Positions 1 through 11,134 of a DNA stretch of 64,000 nt are shown here, one piece after another; the first letter of the stretch is position 1, and every line of letters begins with the position of its first letter. Location: the IMG/VR virus record IMGVR_UViG_3300032167_000006, one strand, 5' to 3'. A program made the position numbers and the translations under genes. Below the pieces are notes generated by a model that was given only the letters and a program-made list of their open reading frames with translations, ran no database searches and was not told the origin of the DNA. Source of the stretch: a virus (Duplodnaviria > Caudoviricetes).

Positions 1-1
1 C

Positions 2-646
2 TGTAGAATTCATTACAGGTGCTGATTCCACACTGGCATTTTCAATATTTTGATCTTTAGCCTTATCTACTTTTTTAGATTCTTTAACAGGTTTGTTACA
101 ATCTGGAGTATTATTAATCTCTTTACTTAATAATTCATATGCAGCTTTACGTTTTGCATTTGTAACTCCGAGTAAATCACCCCTCATCATATCTTTATTA
201 GTGGAACCAAGTGCATTGGTTTCTTCATCAGGATCATACTCAGCAGCATATGCTATAATTTCATTTCTGCTTAAACCCTTAAGAGGTGAAGATTTATCCT
301 CTGCTTCAGAGTCTTTTATTTCATTATTTTCTAAGCAACCAAGATCTACACTATTAGATTTAATATTAATTATAGATTTAAGTACATTATCTAAATTAAC
401 GTTAAATTCTTTATTTTTATCTTCATTCTGCATAATACCTGCTAAGATATATGCTTCATTATAGTTATGACCTAGGCAAAGATTAATATAAGAAGAGTAT
501 GCTTTTGATAATTCATCTGCATTTGATGCATTATGCATTTTAGAGATCACATCTTTAAAATCTTCATTTGGGAAGTTTTTAATTGTATGATTTTCCATCA
601 AATGAATTACGACTCTTGCACCTTCTTTAATTTTGTTAATATTCAT
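2..646 (-). CDS. Hypothetical protein, truncated at window edge
   Basis: ATG at 646 with GAGGAGG SD and an early-type promoter motif upstream; frame stays open to the edge (MNINKIKEGARVV...). Confidence 0.75.
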   Translation of the reverse strand, partial: MNINKIKEGARVVIHLMENHTIKNFPNEDFKDVISKMHNASNADELSKAYSSYINLCLGHNYNEAYILAGIMQNEDKNKEFNVNLDNVLKSIINIKSNSVDLGCLENNEIKDSEAEDKSSPLKGLSRNEIIAYAAEYDPDEETNALGSTNKDMMRGDLLGVTNAKRKAAYELLSKEINNTPDCNKPVKESKKVDKAKDQNIENASVESAPVMNST

Positions 647-717
647 TTATTTGTCCTCCTCAAGACATAATTTTTATTTATATTTATAGTGACCTTTTAA
701 GATATTCTATATCTTAT

Positions 718-745
718 TACACTATTATATTATATAATTAAAAAA
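718..745 (-). promoter_or_regulatory. Early-type AT-rich promoter motif TTAATTATATAATATAATAGTG
   Basis: Same motif at 9124-9145 (+), 33326-33358 (-), 47262-47285 (-) and 50274-50313 (-), always upstream of genes. Confidence 0.6.
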
Positions 746-764
746 ACCTTTAATTACAAAAATA

Positions 765-794
765 ATACAGATAGGGATTTCTCCCTATCTGTAT
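765..794 (-). terminator. Intrinsic terminator hairpin
   Basis: ATACAGATAGGGA-loop-TCCCTATCTGTAT directly after the helicase stop. Confidence 0.75.
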
Positions 795-2314
795 CATTCT
801 TTATATACTGTAGTACACATTACATTTTTAGTATTGTATTTCTTTTCTATAGATACAGACCTATTTTCTAATTCTTCATCACTCATAAATATATCTTTAC
901 ATGATTTAGAATATACTGAAAATATTGGTTTCTTTGCCTCGTAGTATTTTTTGGTAAAGAAGAATCCATTATCTACAACGTCTATATATAAAGTATTATC
1001 TTCCCTACATCTTCCAAGTGTCTGTCTAGCTAAAACTTCTGATTTAAATGGCTCTGCTAAATTAATAACACACCTAAGATCTTTTATATCACTTGCAGCT
1101 CCGCATGACTTAGTAGTACTAAGAATTATCTTATTATACAAATTGACTTCTTTGGCTCCTTTTTCAACAGCACTTGTATATATTCCTACACTGCCATTTA
1201 AAAATGGAAATTGAGAAATGATATAGTCGTAAACCGTCGTAATACCTGCATTTGTACCTATATAAATAAGTATCTTACCATTTATATTAAATACCATATC
1301 TATAAGTATAGTAACAAGCTTAAGAAAGTTAGGTCTATTTACAATATATGATACATATCTATTACGATCAAATCCATATTGATTTTTACATCTATTAATA
1401 TCCATAGCTGTTGGATGGGAATTAAAATGCATCGCACAATAGTTAACATGTGGATCTGTTTCTTCATTAAATAAAGAAATAGCTGGTATATTTTTAAAAT
1501 ACATTTTATATATTTCATTTTCTTCTTTAGAAGATCTTGCAGGGGTTGCTGTTAAATATAAAGTCTTTTTAGTATTAGAATGAAAATCTATTTTACACAT
1601 ATTATCGAAATATAAATGAGCCTCATCAAATACTTTTAATGAGCATTTTAAATATTTAAATAATTCATCAACAGTATTCCATCCATATTTATCACCATAT
1701 GATCTTATAGTAGCATGAGACGCTAATATGATTTGATATTGCATTGGATCTCTATTAAGTATTTTATGAATGCTTGAAGAACCTGTTAGCATATAGATTT
1801 GTTTTTCATCTAACTGAGTATATTCTAATATTCTATCTTTCCATTGATTTAACCAATCAATAGAGTTAGTTATTATAATAGCTCGTGATCCAGTATAACA
1901 TACTGTGGCTACAGTTAGAAATGTTTTACCAGAACCTGTAGTTGAGTTAACACATAATTGCGATTTTGATTTTGTATAAAAATACTTGTCTTCGCCTAAA
2001 ATAAATTTAAGAATTTCTAATTGCCTATCATCTTTAGGTAAATATTTTATAGGCATAGGCTCAGTATTTTCAAAAGGATCACATGATTTATCTACTACAG
2101 GCTCGCACATAAATGTATTTTTAAGATAATTTATATCAAATCCTCTTGGGATGATAAGTTTCTTATTTTCTTCATCATATTCAATCGCTTTAAAGAATGA
2201 TTGATGATATGTAGGATTCCATACAGAAAATAAATATTCTAAACGTGGAGCATCTCCCATTTCATAATTATTTATTTCTATTCTAGAATGCTTTAAAATA
2301 ATTTTATCCATCAT
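794..2314 (-). CDS. Superfamily 2 helicase (UvsW/XPB-like)
   Basis: Walker A STTGSGKT, DEAH, motif III TAT, motif VI QTLGRCR. Confidence 0.85.
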   Translation of the reverse strand: MMDKIILKHSRIEINNYEMGDAPRLEYLFSVWNPTYHQSFFKAIEYDEENKKLIIPRGFDINYLKNTFMCEPVVDKSCDPFENTEPMPIKYLPKDDRQLEILKFILGEDKYFYTKSKSQLCVNSTTGSGKTFLTVATVCYTGSRAIIITNSIDWLNQWKDRILEYTQLDEKQIYMLTGSSSIHKILNRDPMQYQIILASHATIRSYGDKYGWNTVDELFKYLKCSLKVFDEAHLYFDNMCKIDFHSNTKKTLYLTATPARSSKEENEIYKMYFKNIPAISLFNEETDPHVNYCAMHFNSHPTAMDINRCKNQYGFDRNRYVSYIVNRPNFLKLVTILIDMVFNINGKILIYIGTNAGITTVYDYIISQFPFLNGSVGIYTSAVEKGAKEVNLYNKIILSTTKSCGAASDIKDLRCVINLAEPFKSEVLARQTLGRCREDNTLYIDVVDNGFFFTKKYYEAKKPIFSVYSKSCKDIFMSDEELENRSVSIEKKYNTKNVMCTTVYKE

Positions 2315-2625
2315 TCAATATCCTTTCTTGAACTAGGTTTTAAAGTAGCATTGGTCATAGTAGCTCCACAATGCGGACAAAAAGGCAAATGACTCATATC
2401 TATAATAACGCCATTACCATCATATGATAAACACATTCTACAATTACTACAACCACATCTATCATTTACAAATATCCATTCTGCAAATATTTCTTCTTTT
2501 ACTTTAGCAGGTTCCATATTATTTATTGCTTCTTTAGTTACAAACATGTCTGGCATAACCGCTAATGGCAAATACTGCCAGGAAATTTTATCAACTTCAA
2601 TATATTTTTTATTCATTAATATCAC
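2311..2625 (-). CDS. Hypothetical Zn-ribbon protein
   Basis: CSNC and CPHCGA pairs; 4-nt overlap with helicase start. Confidence 0.65.
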   Translation of the reverse strand: MILMNKKYIEVDKISWQYLPLAVMPDMFVTKEAINNMEPAKVKEEIFAEWIFVNDRCGCSNCRMCLSYDGNGVIIDMSHLPFCPHCGATMTNATLKPSSRKDIE

Positions 2626-2733
2626 CTCTTAAAAAATAATAAATCAACCGCAATATAACATTATTGTAATATATATGACTGTGGTTGGTTATATGTATTG
2701 CATATTTCTCCTAATACACATTATTATGACAGC

Positions 2734-2761
2734 ATCCCGTAGGGTTAACGCCCTACGGGAT
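2734..2761 (-). terminator. Intrinsic terminator hairpin
   Basis: ATCCCGTAGGG / CCCTACGGGAT inverted repeat. Confidence 0.7.
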
Positions 2762-2772
2762 AACTGTTCTTT

Positions 2773-3159
2773 TTATCTGAGTATTGTAGTTTCTAAACCA
2801 TTAATAAAAGTTACTCTAATAGTATTTTGTTTGAAGTGATTTTTAAGTTCTTCAGCATGTATAAAAACATTTCGTTTCCATTCATGAATATCTATACCTT
2901 TATCATACTCGGTATAATCAGCTTCTAAAACAAATACTTCTTCTCCGCCATTAGGACATCCCCATATTTGTTTGTAAACGGTTTTAGCAGGTTTAACAAG
3001 CCAAGATATAGAACCATCATTATAATTTTCTTCAAATTCTTGAAGAAATCTACAAAAATTATCAAAAGACATTCCGGAAACTAATTCTCCAGAATGATAA
3101 CCTTCAATTGTTGAAATTGTTACTATAGCTTTTGTATGATTTAATTTATATTCTTCCAT
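2773..3159 (-). CDS. Hypothetical protein
   Basis: 128-aa ORF coupled to the upstream RNAP gene. Confidence 0.7.
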   Translation of the reverse strand: MEEYKLNHTKAIVTISTIEGYHSGELVSGMSFDNFCRFLQEFEENYNDGSISWLVKPAKTVYKQIWGCPNGGEEVFVLEADYTEYDKGIDIHEWKRNVFIHAEELKNHFKQNTIRVTFINGLETTILR

Positions 3160-3161
3160 TT

Positions 3162-5357
3162 TTATTTTCCTTCTTTTTCTACAATCTTAACCATTTCTAT
3201 ACCTTTATCAGGATCATTAATTTTAACATCATCGCTAAATAATCCATCTGACATATAGACCTGAGGTTGCTCACAGAAGAATAAATCAAAGAATGATGGT
3301 GCATGCTTAGAATATGACAGCGGATCATAGAGAACTTTACCAAGATTCTTATACAATAATGATACAACAATACTAGGATTATTAACAAGAGCATGGTCAA
3401 GTGTTAATAATTTATATTGTGTATATGGATTATTCCAATTAGGTTTAGCTAATACATTATCGGGTGATACTATCTGATTTGCCAATATTACTTCAAGATG
3501 AACAGCATCTACATCAAGTCCACCATCTATTACCAAATCAATAAGAGTCTGTAAGGCTTCATCTTTAGTCATCTTTTCAGTGACATCAGATTTATTAATA
3601 CAGTTAATAATATCATTCATAGTCTTACTAATCTCATCATTTGATATTTTGATATAGAATAATATATCTTCGGTAAGAGCACTTAAAGGAATAGCTACCT
3701 TACCATCTACAGCAGAAGCTTTATTACGAATTTGCTTATTAAGCTCATTTGAAATATATAAAGAATCATTATCTTGAGTTCCACATTCTATCATTTCACC
3801 AGTAGGTGTTTGTATATAGAATCTGGTAACGTATTCATTATAAACTCCAGAATTTTCATCTATATCAAAAGCTATTTCATTACCATCATCATCATATGAT
3901 ATAGTATCTTCTTCCTCATTAACAAGAAATACATCTTCTGGATCTATAATCATAAAATATTTCTTAAGATCTATGTCATCTAAATCTGTAAGTTTAATAG
4001 CATTAGATTCTACATCAAAGAAATCTTGAAATTGCGGTAACCATTTCATGGCAACAATATGAGTTTCAAGAAGATGTTTTGCTGATAATAGAATCTGTGT
4101 TAATATTGATGATAATATTTCTGCAGCAATCTTACCTACGTTAATATTAATATTGGTGTAGAAAAGATCTCCATAACAGCATTTACAAATACCTGTACCT
4201 GAAGTTCTAGATGCACAAGTCATTGGACTTTTAAGATATATAGTTTGACCTATAAGATGCTTATCTTTTTTATAATCAACAAGATACTGCATACCATTAG
4301 GTTTAAAACGATAATATCTATTTTTAATCATATTAAGATGCTTCTCAGTTTTTACTTCATACTTCATAAAATGCTGAGACATGCATTCATAATTAAAATC
4401 TGGATTCAATATAGTGTCAATATTATTCAGTCCAAGAAGTCTTGCAAAGTCACCAGAATCACCAACGTTATTCTTAGATAGAATCTGAGCTTTTCTAGCT
4501 GTAGATGATTCTATAAAATAATCTGTTGGCGTATTAACGCCACCTGTAGTAAAGCTTCTGTCAATCTTATGATCAAATACCAATCCATCATTAGCTGGTT
4601 TTGTGCCAATATTAAGTCTTGCTTCTTTAAACTGTCTTGGGTTTATAGCTTCAGATGCTTTAAAACTATTAGCAAGCCCATGGTCATAACCCAAATATTG
4701 TCTGCTATTTTTGATTATTTCAATAGCTTTATTTGTTGCTTCCATACCAGCATCCTTAACTTGGTCAAATGGCACATCGGCTAAAGATACATGAAGCAGA
4801 TCTCTATATGCAGGAACTGCCTTCATGAGTGCTATATCATCTTCATTATTAATTGTATTTGCTAAATAATAAGAAAAATGTTCTATATTACTATAGTTCC
4901 ATAATCCATCGCAAATATTATTATTCAGAAATACATTACCATATTTAATCTTATTTTCTTTTGTTAACACATATTCATCGACAAAGTTCTTAATATTTTT
5001 TCTTTTGAGCTCTGGTGACCAGAATATATGCTTAGGTCTTATTTGATTATTGTTTTTAAGCACCATACTCCACATGAATAAACTAAACCAATAATCCACA
5101 ATAAATAATTTGCAAGATATGTTATTCTCCCATGCAATTTCAATCATTAGATTATGTATATAATCCTCATCAATACCATCTTTTAAGATGGCTCCTATAC
5201 CATCAATATGGTCTGCAATGTTCTCTGCTGTTATATCCTTAGGAACATAGATTGAAATACATGTTTCACGATTTTTTATCATATCTGCATAGATATAATA
5301 ATTTTTAAAATTCACCAGATAAGTTTCTGGAATTTGTGTGGTTGTTGTTTGTGACAT
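3162..5357 (-). CDS. rpoC: Phage multisubunit RNA polymerase beta' subunit, C-terminal part (probably non-virion RNAP)
   Basis: Bridge-helix-like ARKAQILSKNNVGDSGDFARLL, Zn site KSPMTC...ICKCCYG, trigger-loop-like NVGKIAAEILSSILTQILLSAKH, VHLEVIL; NADFDGD-containing part is not in this ORF. Confidence 0.9.
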   Translation of the reverse strand: MSQTTTTQIPETYLVNFKNYYIYADMIKNRETCISIYVPKDITAENIADHIDGIGAILKDGIDEDYIHNLMIEIAWENNISCKLFIVDYWFSLFMWSMVLKNNNQIRPKHIFWSPELKRKNIKNFVDEYVLTKENKIKYGNVFLNNNICDGLWNYSNIEHFSYYLANTINNEDDIALMKAVPAYRDLLHVSLADVPFDQVKDAGMEATNKAIEIIKNSRQYLGYDHGLANSFKASEAINPRQFKEARLNIGTKPANDGLVFDHKIDRSFTTGGVNTPTDYFIESSTARKAQILSKNNVGDSGDFARLLGLNNIDTILNPDFNYECMSQHFMKYEVKTEKHLNMIKNRYYRFKPNGMQYLVDYKKDKHLIGQTIYLKSPMTCASRTSGTGICKCCYGDLFYTNININVGKIAAEILSSILTQILLSAKHLLETHIVAMKWLPQFQDFFDVESNAIKLTDLDDIDLKKYFMIIDPEDVFLVNEEEDTISYDDDGNEIAFDIDENSGVYNEYVTRFYIQTPTGEMIECGTQDNDSLYISNELNKQIRNKASAVDGKVAIPLSALTEDILFYIKISNDEISKTMNDIINCINKSDVTEKMTKDEALQTLIDLVIDGGLDVDAVHLEVILANQIVSPDNVLAKPNWNNPYTQYKLLTLDHALVNNPSIVVSLLYKNLGKVLYDPLSYSKHAPSFFDLFFCEQPQVYMSDGLFSDDVKINDPDKGIEMVKIVEKEGK

Positions 5358-5518
5358 ATATTTATTCCTCCTTATATTATTATAGATATAATATACATTT
5401 AAAAAAGATTTATATCCATATTAATAAAAAGTACTTTTAAGAATAAAATTATAAAATAAATAAACCGTATGGGTTTCCCCATACGGCTATCTATTTATAC
5501 AGAGAGTGAAATATTAAA

Positions 5519-6013
5519 TTAGAAAGTAATCTTGGGAAGTGCAGGCATTTTCTTCATATTCTTAATATGCTGAACCTGAGATTTCTTTGCAACCATTTTT
5601 GCTTTGGTTTCATATTTCTTGAAAATGCGGCTACGAAGATCGCGTTCTCTAACTCTGTTAAGAGCAAGTTTATTAAAGAGAGGATCTTTTGCATTACGAG
5701 CAAGGATTAAGCTTGCTAAGTGAGCACGACGAGTAAAGTCATCATTTTTGTTAAGACGAACAAAAGTCTTTTTACTCATCTTTCTAGCCTCAACAAGAGC
5801 CTGAACTTCTGCAGATTCTACAAATGATTTCTGAGCATTCTCACCGCCATCGAAATATGTAACGCTTTCAAGAGCTGCAGCTTGCATATTTGCATCAACT
5901 TCAGCAGCAATAGCATCCATACCCTCTTCGGTTTCAGGATCTGCAATATTAGCAGCTATATCAATATCGTTAATTGTATTAGCATCGCTTTCTAAAACTT
6001 TTCCAAATAACAT
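5519..6013 (-). CDS. Probable virion/head protein
   Basis: Acidic N-half and basic C-half, A-x-E site (AALES) like phiKZ-type head-protease sites, AACA-N6-TA promoter upstream. Confidence 0.45.
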   Translation of the reverse strand: MLFGKVLESDANTINDIDIAANIADPETEEGMDAIAAEVDANMQAAALESVTYFDGGENAQKSFVESAEVQALVEARKMSKKTFVRLNKNDDFTRRAHLASLILARNAKDPLFNKLALNRVRERDLRSRIFKKYETKAKMVAKKSQVQHIKNMKKMPALPKITF

Positions 6014-6087
6014 GGTATATACCTCCTAAATAGTTTATTTTGTTTAGATCTAAAAAATTAAGTATATTTATAAATGCACTTAAGATT

Positions 6088-6099
6088 TATTAATATGTT
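6088..6099 (-). promoter_or_regulatory. AR9-like late promoter AACA-N6-TA
   Basis: AACA TATTAA TA upstream of 5519..6013. Confidence 0.55.
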
Positions 6100-6176
6100 T
6101 ATGATTTTAAATATGGTTAAACTTCCAAATAAAAATATATTATATATTTGTAATATATTGAAAGGAGAAATAAAAA

Positions 6177-8309
6177 ATGTCGCAAGATTTTATGAAGGCT
6201 ATGAGCCTTAAAGCTATTCAAGAATACGAACAAGTAATGGTAGATGGATTAAAACGTTCTTTTCCATTATTAAACGAATGTGAATTAAGAGAAGCAATTC
6301 AATATTCTATTACAAATCGTCTTGAAAACAAACCAGCTTATTTGGAAAATAATTACACAAAAAATAAAATCAATGGCACAGTTTTAGATATAATAAACTA
6401 TATCCAAAAACTAGAACCTATAATGACATCAAGCGGTGTTTTATTTAAGAAGCACAAAGAAGCAGATAATCCACTTGCAAAAATGATTATGGGTTTTATC
6501 GAACAACGTGGAATTTATAAGAAGGAAATGTTTAAGCATCCTAAAGGAACTGAAATGTTTGAACGATATAATCTCTTTCAGTTACTTGAAAAACTTAATG
6601 CGAATGCAACCTATGGTGTATTGGGTGCCCCTACGTCGTTGTATTACAATATCTATGTAGCTGAAGCAATTACCAGGCAAGGACGTTCATATATCAGTTG
6701 TTCTATTATGTTATTTGAATCACTATTAGCTAACAATATTAAATTTAATAACCTTAATGAAATAATAACTTTCATTAATAATGTGGAACATGAAAAACCT
6801 AATAGAAAACTTATTGATAGTTATATTTTAGATAGAAATATAACTCTTGAAGAATGTTTCTTTAAAGTAATGAATACTGTTGATATGATGATATGGGTTC
6901 CATCTGAAGATGAAATGGCAAGAGTATGGGAATACTTAAGAGGATTATCTCAAGAAGATATAAATCGTATTTATTATAAAAATAATTTATATACTTTTGT
7001 AGATTTACCAATAGTAACTGATCTTATTATTAAAATACTTTGTGAAATTGATGACCCATTTATGGATCCCAATAAACCACCAAAGAATATTAAAGAAGAT
7101 CTTGATACTTTAGTATCAATGGTTAAAGAATATGTATATTACCCACATTTCTATATTGATAAATTAGATAGATTGGAATATATGCAGAGAGATATAGTTG
7201 CTATAAGTGATACTGACTCAACCATTATATCATTTGATGCATGGTATAGATTTATTCTTGATAAAGTTTATAATATAGATATGCCTGTAAAGCATCAGAA
7301 ACGTGATATGGTAGAAGTAATCAAAGCAGATGAATGGGGAGATAAGCCATTAAGAGAAATGGTCACTTATGTAGAACCAAGATATGATTATAATTTCTAT
7401 ACTGATGAGGTTATTGAATTAGATCGACTTGTTGAACCATGCGTATTAGTCCCTCAAGATAATCTTAGATATGCTATTATAAATATTATTGCTTATATAT
7501 GTAGTGATCTTGTTGTGGATTATCTTGCAGAATATACAAAACTCTCTGGTAGTTATGTCGAAGGTACTAAATGTCGCATGATTATGAAAAATGAATTCTT
7601 ATTCCAACGTGTTATGCTTACTGAGAGTCGTCGAAATTATGCAGATATACAGAATCTTCAAGAGGGTAATATTATTCCTAAAGGTATTAAAAGCCAGTTA
7701 GCAATAATGGGTTTACCTATGAATAAAACTACATTATCAGACGACGTTAGAAAAAGATTACAGCAAATTTTATATGAAGATGTGTTAACTGCAGATAAGG
7801 TTGATCAAGTTAATGTAATGAAAAAGCTTATAATATTTGAAAAAGAAATTTATAATAGTATTATGAATAAAGAAACCAAGTATTATAAACCTGATAATAT
7901 AGCAGCTATAAATAGTTATAATAAAGATCCATTGTCTGTAAATGGTATTCTTGCAGCTACTATTTATAATGAGATGCGCAATGAAGATATGCCTGCTATT
8001 AATCTTGAAGAACGTAATAAGATTACTAAAATTAAGATTGACGTTAATAAAAAGAATGTAGATAAAATCAAAGATACTTATCCAGAAGAACATGCTAAAT
8101 TAGTTAGACTTCTAAATCATCCAATACTTGGAGCTAAAGTTACAGTTATAGGATTACCACCTGATGTCGCTGTTCCAGATTGGGTGTTGAGTTTCGTTGA
8201 CTTTACTACAATTATTAACGATCAGCTTAAGAACTTCCCTCTTGATAGTATTGGGCTTAAGAGATTGAATAATGATTCGGTTAACGTATCTAATATAATT
8301 CAATTATAA
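6177..8309 (+). CDS. Split family-B DNA polymerase, catalytic subunit (motifs B and C)
   Basis: KLNANATYG (motif B), ISDTDS (motif C); motif A and exonuclease motifs are in 24992..26905. Confidence 0.9.
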   Translation: MSQDFMKAMSLKAIQEYEQVMVDGLKRSFPLLNECELREAIQYSITNRLENKPAYLENNYTKNKINGTVLDIINYIQKLEPIMTSSGVLFKKHKEADNPLAKMIMGFIEQRGIYKKEMFKHPKGTEMFERYNLFQLLEKLNANATYGVLGAPTSLYYNIYVAEAITRQGRSYISCSIMLFESLLANNIKFNNLNEIITFINNVEHEKPNRKLIDSYILDRNITLEECFFKVMNTVDMMIWVPSEDEMARVWEYLRGLSQEDINRIYYKNNLYTFVDLPIVTDLIIKILCEIDDPFMDPNKPPKNIKEDLDTLVSMVKEYVYYPHFYIDKLDRLEYMQRDIVAISDTDSTIISFDAWYRFILDKVYNIDMPVKHQKRDMVEVIKADEWGDKPLREMVTYVEPRYDYNFYTDEVIELDRLVEPCVLVPQDNLRYAIINIIAYICSDLVVDYLAEYTKLSGSYVEGTKCRMIMKNEFLFQRVMLTESRRNYADIQNLQEGNIIPKGIKSQLAIMGLPMNKTTLSDDVRKRLQQILYEDVLTADKVDQVNVMKKLIIFEKEIYNSIMNKETKYYKPDNIAAINSYNKDPLSVNGILAATIYNEMRNEDMPAINLEERNKITKIKIDVNKKNVDKIKDTYPEEHAKLVRLLNHPILGAKVTVIGLPPDVAVPDWVLSFVDFTTIINDQLKNFPLDSIGLKRLNNDSVNVSNIIQL

Positions 8310-8310
8310 A

Positions 8311-8336
8311 ATAGAGAGGGAGAAATCCCTCTCTAT
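8311..8336 (+). terminator. Intrinsic terminator hairpin
   Basis: ATAGAGAGGGA / TCCCTCTCTAT immediately after the stop. Confidence 0.7.
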
Positions 8337-8359
8337 AAATTTATTAAGGAGAAATTATA

Positions 8360-8857
8360 ATGAAATTAGCAGTAAGTTATTTTTATCAAATTAGATTTTT
8401 TAAACCTTATATGATACCTATATCCACTGCAGTATGGGATCCTAAATGGTATCATGCAAATAAAGATCAAAAATATATTTTTAAAGATAAAAATGGAGTT
8501 ATTAATGGCGTAAGATCCGCCATGCTAATGCCAGGAGAAACATGCAAAGATTTATGTCGTGGTCCTGGAATGTGTTTTTGTAAAACCGGAATAGTTGATC
8601 CTAATAATTGTGATTTTCTTAAAGCATATACGAATCAATTAAATAGTATAGATTTTAATATATTTATGAATAACTTAGAAGAAATGTGTAATAAAGTTAA
8701 AAATGTATTAAACTTTTATGAAGAGCCTATTGTCGTGTTCATTGTGCATGAATCATGTGATAATATATGTAGCGAAAGAATTCCAATTATAAATGTATTT
8801 AGAAATAAAGGATATGAAATTGATGAATTGAAATATCCTATAAAAGAAAATTATTAA
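8360..8857 (+). CDS. Hypothetical protein, DUF488-like
   Basis: N-terminal SYF...ISTA..PKW and C-terminal E....CSER pattern resembling DUF488 proteins. Confidence 0.5.
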   Translation: MKLAVSYFYQIRFFKPYMIPISTAVWDPKWYHANKDQKYIFKDKNGVINGVRSAMLMPGETCKDLCRGPGMCFCKTGIVDPNNCDFLKAYTNQLNSIDFNIFMNNLEEMCNKVKNVLNFYEEPIVVFIVHESCDNICSERIPIINVFRNKGYEIDELKYPIKENY

Positions 8858-8872
8858 AAGGAGAATATTAAA

Positions 8873-9076
8873 ATGAGTATTGAAGAAATTATTGAAGCAA
8901 GGGTAGAAGAGATTATAGAAAAATATAGAAACGGATTTCAGTTAAATGGAAACGCTATGTCTGAACGAGATGAAGTATTTTTAAGAAATGGTATTGCTAA
9001 TGGTATAGTTATTGCCGGATTAGCATTAACTAATACTAATTGCGATAATATATTAAATCCAAATAAAAATAAATAA
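8873..9076 (+). CDS. Hypothetical protein
   Basis: 67-aa ORF with AAGGAG SD. Confidence 0.7.
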   Translation: MSIEEIIEARVEEIIEKYRNGFQLNGNAMSERDEVFLRNGIANGIVIAGLALTNTNCDNILNPNKNK

Positions 9077-9083
9077 TTAAATT

Positions 9084-9113
9084 AATACCATAGGGAGAAA
9101 TCCCTATGGTATT
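9084..9113 (+). terminator. Intrinsic terminator hairpin
   Basis: AATACCATAGGGA / TCCCTATGGTATT plus T tract. Confidence 0.8.
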
Positions 9114-9199
9114 TTTATTTTTTTTAATTATATATTATAATAGTGATAGTAAATGAGGTCGATATTGCTATTAATAAAATTTATAGGAGAATAAATATT

Positions 9200-10666
9200 A
9201 TGAACTTTAAAAACGCCGAGAATAAACGCAATGCTAAAAAAGAGGCTGAAAAATACGCCAGAGATATAGCTAACACAGTGTATTGGAATAGAATATTAAA
9301 TATATTCGATGATTTTTTAATAGATGAAGAGCATATTAATTACTTATATGGATTAAATATTGATACTTTTAATAGATTAACTATGAAGTTTACATTATCC
9401 GAATATGTAATTAGAACATTTAAAAATAGTATAGACTGGCAGTGCATTTTAACATATCAAAAGTTATCTGAAGATTTCATACGAGAAATGAAAGACCACA
9501 TTGATAACTGGTATTTTGTATCAAGATATCAAAAATTATCTGAAGATTTTATTAGAGAATTTCAAGATAAAGTTTGCTGGGATACAATATTTCAATTCCA
9601 AGATTTATCAGAGAAATTTATAGAAGAATTTGAAGATAAAATTGATAACTGGTATTTTGTATCAAGATATCAAAAATTATCAGATAATTTTATTGAAAAA
9701 TTTCATGACAAAGTCAATTGGGATTATATACTAAAGTATCAAAATGTATCAAAAGTATTAGTTAAAAAATATAAAGAAGAATATTATTTTGATTATATTA
9801 ATATGATTGGAGATATATCTAAAAATGATATAATACAATACCAAGATAAAATTAATTGGAATTTGCATTATATATATAAAAATATGTCTATAGATCTTAT
9901 TAGAGAATTTAAAGATAAAATTAATTGGGATTTGGTATGCGAAAATTGTGATCTATCAATAGATTTACTTAGAGAATTTAAAGATTATCTTGATTGGACC
10001 AGCGTATTATGCAATGTAGATGTATCTTTAGATTTTATTAGAGAATTTAAAGATTATGTCGACTGGGAATATATGACTTCTGAATTTGAATTGTATGATA
10101 GTTTTATCAGAGAATTTAGAAATTATGTCGATTGGGATGATATATCTGGATGCTATACTCTTACTGAAGATTTTATTAGAGAATTTCAAGATAAGGTTAA
10201 TTGGCATTTAATATCGGAATACCAAAAATTATCTGAAGATTTCATTAAAGAATTTCAAAATAAAATAGATTGGTGTTGTATATCGGAGCATCAGAAGTTA
10301 TCTGAAGAATTTATAACTAAATTTAAATATAAAGTCGATTGGAAAAAAATATCTCAATATCAGGTATTATCTAAAGATTTTATTATTAAATTTAAAAGTT
10401 TTGTGTATTGGGAAAACATTCAAAAATATCAAGATGCATATAAATCCTGTAGTGGTGTTTATAAAAGATACAAAACAAAATACGAAAAACTTAAACGTCA
10501 AAAATCTTGGGATGAGGAATCTTTAGTTTATCGTAATAATGGATGTTCATGTTATAATTCCGCATATGGATTAATTGCCGAACGTGATGAAGATTTAGAA
10601 TCTATTAAATACATATTAAATTCAAACCGCTATAACACATGGGAAAATATATTAAAGGAGAAATGA
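9200..10666 (+). CDS. Tryptophan-repeat family protein
   Basis: About 15 repeats of Q-K-L-S-E-D-F-I-R-E-F-Q-D-K-V-N-W (about 23 aa); likely start 9200 with AGGAG SD. Confidence 0.85.
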   Translation: MNFKNAENKRNAKKEAEKYARDIANTVYWNRILNIFDDFLIDEEHINYLYGLNIDTFNRLTMKFTLSEYVIRTFKNSIDWQCILTYQKLSEDFIREMKDHIDNWYFVSRYQKLSEDFIREFQDKVCWDTIFQFQDLSEKFIEEFEDKIDNWYFVSRYQKLSDNFIEKFHDKVNWDYILKYQNVSKVLVKKYKEEYYFDYINMIGDISKNDIIQYQDKINWNLHYIYKNMSIDLIREFKDKINWDLVCENCDLSIDLLREFKDYLDWTSVLCNVDVSLDFIREFKDYVDWEYMTSEFELYDSFIREFRNYVDWDDISGCYTLTEDFIREFQDKVNWHLISEYQKLSEDFIKEFQNKIDWCCISEHQKLSEEFITKFKYKVDWKKISQYQVLSKDFIIKFKSFVYWENIQKYQDAYKSCSGVYKRYKTKYEKLKRQKSWDEESLVYRNNGCSCYNSAYGLIAERDEDLESIKYILNSNRYNTWENILKEK

Positions 10667-10670
10667 TAAA

Positions 10671-11120
10671 ATGCTAATAGCAAATGATACTGACAGATGG
10701 GATTTTGAAAAATCCGAAAAATTTATTAAAGATAATTTACAACAAGGTGATGAAGATGTAATATATTCACAGGCAGAATATTTAAAAGTGACAGAAGATT
10801 TTGCTAGAGAATTTAAAGATAAACTAGAAATAGAATTATTTTGTATCTGCGCCGAGTTATCAGAGGATTTCTTACGTGAATTTAAAGATGAATTCGACTG
10901 TGTGGATTGGATCAATATATCTTATTTACAAGAACTATCAGAAGATTTTATTCGTGAATTTCAAGATAAAGTTAATTGGACCGGCATAACAATGTGTCAG
11001 GATATATCTGAAGATTTCATACGTGAATTTCAGGATAAAATAGATTGGGATGCTATGCCAGTTGATAAATTATCTTATGAATTACTTGATGAATTTGAAG
11101 ACAAATTTGATTTGGGTTGA
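10671..11120 (+). CDS. Tryptophan-repeat family protein
   Basis: LSEDFIREFQDKVNW repeats. Confidence 0.85.
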   Translation: MLIANDTDRWDFEKSEKFIKDNLQQGDEDVIYSQAEYLKVTEDFAREFKDKLEIELFCICAELSEDFLREFKDEFDCVDWINISYLQELSEDFIREFQDKVNWTGITMCQDISEDFIREFQDKIDWDAMPVDKLSYELLDEFEDKFDLG

Positions 11121-11134
11121 TTGAGGTTTTATAA

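Noticed and set aside
93-464. Plus-strand 123-aa ORF and the many other short antisense or nested ORFs in the track
   Set aside because: Shadows of well-supported genes; no SD and biased composition.
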